DNA of 59,636 bases, the filler included, from an uncultured bacterium (GTDB taxonomy: Bacteria > DAOPZR01): the NCBI GenBank assembly GCA_964637655.1. It is 5 parts of 5 records of this genome, joined end to end, with 100 filler letters (N's around TTAATTAATTAA, not from the genome) between each part and the next. Parts side by side here need not be neighbours in the genome. Positions count along the whole stretch, not along the records: positions 47,966 to 59,636 come from CAZWUZ010000105.1; 4 more parts are not named here. One strand, 5' to 3'. Positions 54,871-59,636 of the stretch are shown here, piece after piece (the first letter of the stretch is position 1; each line of letters opens with the position of its first letter). A program made the translations under genes and the position numbers. The notes beneath the pieces were generated by a model, which saw nothing but the letters and a program-made list of their open reading frames with translations, made no database searches and was not told the origin of the DNA.

Positions 54871-56273
54871 CGTCGGGACTTTCGCGCCGCTTTTTTGACT
54901 CGCTATTCAGTTCATACCTCGTACAGGGATTGAACTCGGGGGCCAACTTCCTCGTCAAACTCGGGCTGGCGTGGCTGTTGCTCCCCGCTGATTTCGGCCT
55001 GTTCGCCGTTGCGCTGCTGGTGCTTTCCATCGTCAACATGGTGCGCGATGGCGGACTCGATACGCAGGCGATACGCGACCGCGAACCCGCCTACGGGAGC
55101 ATTTTCTGGTTCCATGCCGCGGGGGGCCTGCTGCTCTGGGGGATGGTCTGGCTGGGGGCGGAGTGGGGAACCCTGCTCAACCCGAAACTGCCGGACGTGC
55201 TGCGGCTGTTTTCACCCATCGTCTTTCTCTCGGCACTGACGTCGGTGCCGCTGCTCTACCTCAACCGCACGCTGCAACTCAAACTGACGGTACTGCCGCG
55301 CATGGCGCAGCTGGCGGCGTTCTGCGTGCTGGCGGTGACGCTGGCACATGCCGGCTACGGGGTGGCGGCACTGGTCGTGGCGAAGGTCGTTTCCGAGGCG
55401 GTGCTGCTCTGCGTGCTCTGGCTGCGCGCACGCCCGCGCGATGTATTCCGCTACGACTGGACGGAACTGCGGCGCATGCTGTGGCAGGCAAAACTGCTGT
55501 ACCTGCTCGGGCTCATCGAAGTGACCGCGATCGATATCGACAAGGGGATTCTCAGCCGCTACTGCAGTGAGACGGAAATCGGGCTCTATTTCATGGCATG
55601 GTCGGTGGTCTTTTTCCTGAGCAAGGTGATCGAACCGTCGGTGATGCGCGTGCTCTTCCCGGCGTTCGCGCGGCTGCGCGAGGACCCGGTGCGTGCCAAC
55701 CGCCTCTACACGTGGGGGACACTGGCCATCATCGGGCTCGAGGTGCCCGTCTATGTCGCCCTCGCGGTGAATGCTGATGCGGTGGTCACCCTGCTTTTCC
55801 CGCCGGCATGGGCGGGGATGGCGATGATCATCGCCGCGCTCGCCTTCCTGCCGGTGATTGATCCGTTCTCGATGCTCGGAACGGAAGTGCTACGGAGCCG
55901 GGAGAAGGACATGGCGATCTTTATCCCCAGTGCCGGGTGTCTGCTCATCCTGCTGGTTGCCGGGTCATACCTGACGCAGCGCTGGGGGGGCGTGGGGATG
56001 GCACTTGCCAACTACCTCGCACACGGGCTCAGCATTATCGTCATCCTGCGGGTGCGGCGCCTGCTGCCGGACGGGTTCCGCCACCTGCTGCGGCGGCTGC
56101 CGGCGATCTACCTGCTGGGGATACTGGCGGCGCTCCCCGCACTGCTGCTGACGGAGGCGCCGCCCGCGCTGCGGCTGGGTGGTGCGGCCGTGGGAGTTAT
56201 GGTTGCGTGGATGGTGACCGGGGCACTCTATTTCCGTGACTGGCGTGCTGTGCTGCGGCTGGAGCGCGATTGA
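54867..56273 (+). CDS. Wzx/PST-family oligosaccharide flippase
   Basis: LAWLLLPADFGLFA, GYGVAALV, DIDKGILSR..IGLY, RVLFPAFA; many TM helices. Confidence 0.88.
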   Translation: MTSGLSRRFFDSLFSSYLVQGLNSGANFLVKLGLAWLLLPADFGLFAVALLVLSIVNMVRDGGLDTQAIRDREPAYGSIFWFHAAGGLLLWGMVWLGAEWGTLLNPKLPDVLRLFSPIVFLSALTSVPLLYLNRTLQLKLTVLPRMAQLAAFCVLAVTLAHAGYGVAALVVAKVVSEAVLLCVLWLRARPRDVFRYDWTELRRMLWQAKLLYLLGLIEVTAIDIDKGILSRYCSETEIGLYFMAWSVVFFLSKVIEPSVMRVLFPAFARLREDPVRANRLYTWGTLAIIGLEVPVYVALAVNADAVVTLLFPPAWAGMAMIIAALAFLPVIDPFSMLGTEVLRSREKDMAIFIPSAGCLLILLVAGSYLTQRWGGVGMALANYLAHGLSIIVILRVRRLLPDGFRHLLRRLPAIYLLGILAALPALLLTEAPPALRLGGAAVGVMVAWMVTGALYFRDWRAVLRLERD

Positions 56274-57724
56274 TGCGCATCGCCGCCATTGCCGCCCTGT
56301 GGGCGGCGCTAACCCTGCCGTGGGCGGGCGAGTACCTGTACTACTGGGACGCCGGCAACTATGCGCTGGCGATGCGCGAATTCAACGTGCTCTTCGACCG
56401 GCCGCAGATGCCGGGGTATCCCGCCTATATCGGACTGGCGAAACTGGCATGGTCATGTTGCAGTGACCCGCACCACGCGCTCCTCGCGGTCAACTGGCTG
56501 GCAGGACTGGCGACGCTGCTGCTGACCGCGTCGGCGCTGCGACGGCTGCAGGTAGCGCGCCCGTGGCTGTGGCTGGTGCTGCTGGCGACGACCCCGCTCT
56601 TCCGTTTCTTCGGTTGCGTGTCGTGGATGTACGCGGTGCACGCGTTTGTCTATGCGCTGCTGCTGCGCGTCTGTCTCGCGGTGCGATTAGACGGGCGGCT
56701 GCGCCTGCTGCTCCCGGTCGCCTACGGGTTTGCGGCGTCGCTGCGCCCTGATGCGCTGCTCTTCCTGCTGCCGCCGCTGCTGCTGGTGCTCTGGCAGGAG
56801 AAGAGCATGCGCTATGCTGCGTACACGGCGGTGTTGTCTACGCGGACGGTGCTGCTCTGGCTGGGACCGCTGGTGCTGGTGCACTGGCCGCACTATTTCA
56901 CCTATCAGAAGATCTTTGCCGGACTGACCGGCAGTGCGCAGACACTGATTGCGCGCGTGACGGAAAATGTCGTGCTGCTCCCGATGGGTGGACTGGCGTT
57001 GTGCGGCCTGCTGCTGATGCTGTGTGCCGGTGTGTTGCGTTTGCGGGGCGGGGCACAATCCGCCGACCCGGCACCGTACGCACTGCTGGCCGCGCTGCTC
57101 ATCGGGCCGCTGGCCTTCTATATATTCGTGCATGCGGGGTACGGACAGTACGCGGTGGCGTTTGCCGCACCGTTGACGGTACTCGCAGCACTGCTGACAC
57201 GCGGTTGGCCGCGTCCGACACTGACGGCACTGCTGCTGGCATGCATGCTGCTCAACCTGCTTTATTTCCACGGCAGTTCGCGTCCCTATACCGCACGTGC
57301 CATCGCGCGACATGATGCGCGCATGGCGGGAATGCTTGAGACGATACGCCGGTATCCGCCGGCGACCACCACGGTCATCGCGGATGTGCATTACAAGGAA
57401 CTGGTCAATTACCTGCCGGAATACACGGTCATCTGGCCGGTGGCAGCACGTACCTATGCCGGCGGGCGGAACTTTCCGTTTCTCGTGCGCTGCCGGAATT
57501 ACCGCGAGGACCATCAGGGCCGGTATCTCTACGACGCACACACTGACAATGTGCAGCGATTTGCCGCCGGAGAATCGGTGCTTATGGTCGATGGTCATCT
57601 CGCTGGTAAGGTCCATGGTGTGACGCTGCAACCGGTGGGCACGCTGCAGACAATCACGATAACGCGTCCATCGCTGCTGACCGTGACGCCGGTAGCGCTG
57701 GATATTACTGTCTTACCTGACTGA
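56270..57724 (+). CDS. GT-C-like polytopic membrane protein
   Basis: First-loop YWDAGNYALA..PQMPGYPAY, SLRP, many TM helices. Confidence 0.65.
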   Translation: MMRIAAIAALWAALTLPWAGEYLYYWDAGNYALAMREFNVLFDRPQMPGYPAYIGLAKLAWSCCSDPHHALLAVNWLAGLATLLLTASALRRLQVARPWLWLVLLATTPLFRFFGCVSWMYAVHAFVYALLLRVCLAVRLDGRLRLLLPVAYGFAASLRPDALLFLLPPLLLVLWQEKSMRYAAYTAVLSTRTVLLWLGPLVLVHWPHYFTYQKIFAGLTGSAQTLIARVTENVVLLPMGGLALCGLLLMLCAGVLRLRGGAQSADPAPYALLAALLIGPLAFYIFVHAGYGQYAVAFAAPLTVLAALLTRGWPRPTLTALLLACMLLNLLYFHGSSRPYTARAIARHDARMAGMLETIRRYPPATTTVIADVHYKELVNYLPEYTVIWPVAARTYAGGRNFPFLVRCRNYREDHQGRYLYDAHTDNVQRFAAGESVLMVDGHLAGKVHGVTLQPVGTLQTITITRPSLLTVTPVALDITVLPD

Positions 57725-59080
57725 CAACCGGGCACGCAGTACAAACGGAGCGACGGCTTCCCGCACGGGGACCGGACCGGCATACGTGCCGGCGATGGTG
57801 TCCCCCCGCATCAGGACAGCAGCCATCTGCAGATGGGCAAGCAGCGGCGAGGCCAGCGGCATAAAGTGCGGTTCGTGCCACGGATCGCGCTCACGCAGGT
57901 GACGGATATCGATGCCGCGTTCTGCCGAGAACGCGGCGGGATACACAGCAGGATCGAAGAGCAGGCCCAGCCCCTGGACCATGACGCCGGTGATGACGAG
58001 CAACAGCAGGCATGCGCGCAGCGGCAGCCGGGCCCACAGGCGCGGCAGCAGGAGACCGAGCGGCAGCATGATTAGTGGCAGCAGCGGGGTGAGCAGGCGC
58101 GGACCCCAGCAGTAATCGCCATGCCAACCCCAATAGTTCGCAATCAGCAGCAGCATGGCGGATGGTATACCGAGGATCAGGAGCAGGTCGCGGCGGTACA
58201 CGCACGGCCAGTATGCCAGCCCGCCCAGCGCCAGCAGCACCGGCGGTGCGTACCATATCAGCCCCTTGCCTGACGACAGCAGCAGGCCGTAGAGTCCTTC
58301 GCTCAGCGGCGTGCTGAAGAGGCCGATATCCATGCCATAGCGCGTCACCTGCAGTGCGTAGCCCGAGGCAAACAGCGAACCGAAACGAACACGGTTGTAG
58401 GCAAGCAGAACTGCTATGCCCGCGGCAATACCGGAGAGCACTGCCGGTAGCAGGCGGCGCGTGTTTGTCGCTGATGCTGCCCAGACGAGGAAGAGCAGGC
58501 CGGCAAGCAGGTTGTAGGACTTGATGCTGACGAGCAGCGCCAGTGCACCGGTCAGCAGCAGCGGGCGCTGCTGACGCGCGGCGTATAGGGCGAGCAGGAA
58601 GAGCGCGGACTGCGGCGCTTCGGCGGCAAACTCGGCGGAGGAAACCCAGAGCGGGGTGGCGCAGCCGAGGATGAATGTCGCGGCTAGCGACACGCGCAGC
58701 GTGACGCCGTAAGCGTTGCTGAGCAGGCAGAAGAGAGCGAGCGCAGCGGCGCCGCAGGCGGGTGAGAAGAGACGGACGAGCAGCGGCGTGACATTGACGT
58801 AGTGCACGGGCACGGTCAGCGCAGTGAACGCGTTGCCCATGGCAACGAGCGGGACGATGCTGAGTGCCAGTCCGGGATCATGCCAGCCGTAATGGCGTCC
58901 GTCGCTGCCGCGCAGCAGGCCGCTGTCCGGCGGCAGCGCCACCGTGTGCGCCGTCACCAGCTGCTGCGCGAGGCGCAGGTGGATGAGGCGGTCGCCCTGC
59001 CACGCCCCGCCCATGGACAGCGCGTAGAGCAGGAAAAAGAAGAGGGCGAGTGTGAGCGCACGCCACGTTGCCAGGCACAT
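57713..59080 (-). CDS. GT-C-like polytopic membrane protein
   Basis: GD..H loop, YNRVRFGS, GLLLSSGKGLIWYAP, WHGDYCWGPRLL. Confidence 0.65.
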   Translation of the reverse strand: MCLATWRALTLALFFFLLYALSMGGAWQGDRLIHLRLAQQLVTAHTVALPPDSGLLRGSDGRHYGWHDPGLALSIVPLVAMGNAFTALTVPVHYVNVTPLLVRLFSPACGAAALALFCLLSNAYGVTLRVSLAATFILGCATPLWVSSAEFAAEAPQSALFLLALYAARQQRPLLLTGALALLVSIKSYNLLAGLLFLVWAASATNTRRLLPAVLSGIAAGIAVLLAYNRVRFGSLFASGYALQVTRYGMDIGLFSTPLSEGLYGLLLSSGKGLIWYAPPVLLALGGLAYWPCVYRRDLLLILGIPSAMLLLIANYWGWHGDYCWGPRLLTPLLPLIMLPLGLLLPRLWARLPLRACLLLLVITGVMVQGLGLLFDPAVYPAAFSAERGIDIRHLRERDPWHEPHFMPLASPLLAHLQMAAVLMRGDTIAGTYAGPVPVREAVAPFVLRARLSVR

Positions 59081-59163
59081 AGACCGAGCATACCACAGGC
59101 ACCGCGGCAGCGGCAAACGCCACGGGCGGTGACAGCGACGGCCGGCTGAGGTATACTCACAAC

Positions 59164-59636
59164 ATGTATGCGCACGAGATGCTGGTACTGACCGGACTGG
59201 CGATGGCGGGGTGGGTGCTCTATGCGCTGGCCGGGGAACGGTTGCGCCTGCCGCACGTGTCGGGGCGCATGGTGCTGCTCTGCGGTGTGGCGCTCTGGCT
59301 GCTGCTCAGTGCGCTCAACCTCGCGCGCTGGCAGGCATTTTCGTTCGGGCTCGATACCGCCATTCTCTACCAGAATTTCAGCGCGCCGGCGCGTACGGGA
59401 TACACCGTTGCCTCGATCAGCGGCTACGAGAACGCGGTCATGCTGCTTGGCCTGCCGGCAGATGACTGGACGAGGTATGCCAGGCATCTGCACACCCATC
59501 ACCCGCTGCTGCTGCTGACCCTGTACCGCCTGCTGTTCGCACTGTGTGGCGTCGCTCCTGCCGTGCTGCTGCTGCCGTATAACCTGCTGCTCTGCCTCAC
59601 CCCGGCCTGCGCGGCCATCGGCATCACGCACAGTGC
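59164..59636 (+). CDS. DUF2079/GT-C-like membrane protein, runs off the window end
   Basis: Open frame from ATG 59164 (absent from the ORF track): two TM segments, then ARWQAFSFGLDTAILYQ. Confidence 0.55.
   Translation, partial: MYAHEMLVLTGLAMAGWVLYALAGERLRLPHVSGRMVLLCGVALWLLLSALNLARWQAFSFGLDTAILYQNFSAPARTGYTVASISGYENAVMLLGLPADDWTRYARHLHTHHPLLLLTLYRLLFALCGVAPAVLLLPYNLLLCLTPACAAIGITHS

Overview
GC-rich bacterial sequence, probably a metagenome bin. It is not one locus. Five contigs are joined by artificial 100-nt N/TTAATTAATTAA linkers and ordered by decreasing length, so adjacency across the gaps has no biological meaning. Contig 1 (1-12055) is mixed housekeeping: orphan flagellar rod/hook gene, DnaJ-TPR protein, stand-alone EF-G, PPIase lipoprotein, TM2/DUF4870/DUF2085 membrane trio, ABM, Fe-ADH, zinc-ribbon pilin-like protein, a ferredoxin with an FNR-type promoter, a 147-bp MITE, AsnC and an adenylate cyclase. 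Contig 2 (12156-24069) is a siphovirus-type morphogenesis module from terminase to tape measure, with a portal-MuF fusion and a predicted -1 tail-chaperone frameshift. Contig 3 (24170-36009) has a type I R-M locus (ORF6N, hsdS, hsdR, M48) with a candidate PD-(D/E)xK nuclease, then metabolic genes and an unusual MotA-like protein with a disordered tail. Contig 4 (36110-47865) has TgpA, ComEC-like and Mo-cofactor genes, an orphan RiPP-like triad (nucleotidyltransferase, PqqD/RRE, HPr-kinase-like), aphA-nadK-recN and a PadR pair. Contig 5 (47966-59636) is a surface-glycan modification locus (MBOAT+SGNH, three methyltransferases, two radical SAM enzymes with one frameshifted, Wzx, three GT-C-like proteins) with a composite REP-like repeat cluster. 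At least five genes look leaderless. All family calls come from motif recognition by eye; no database search was run.
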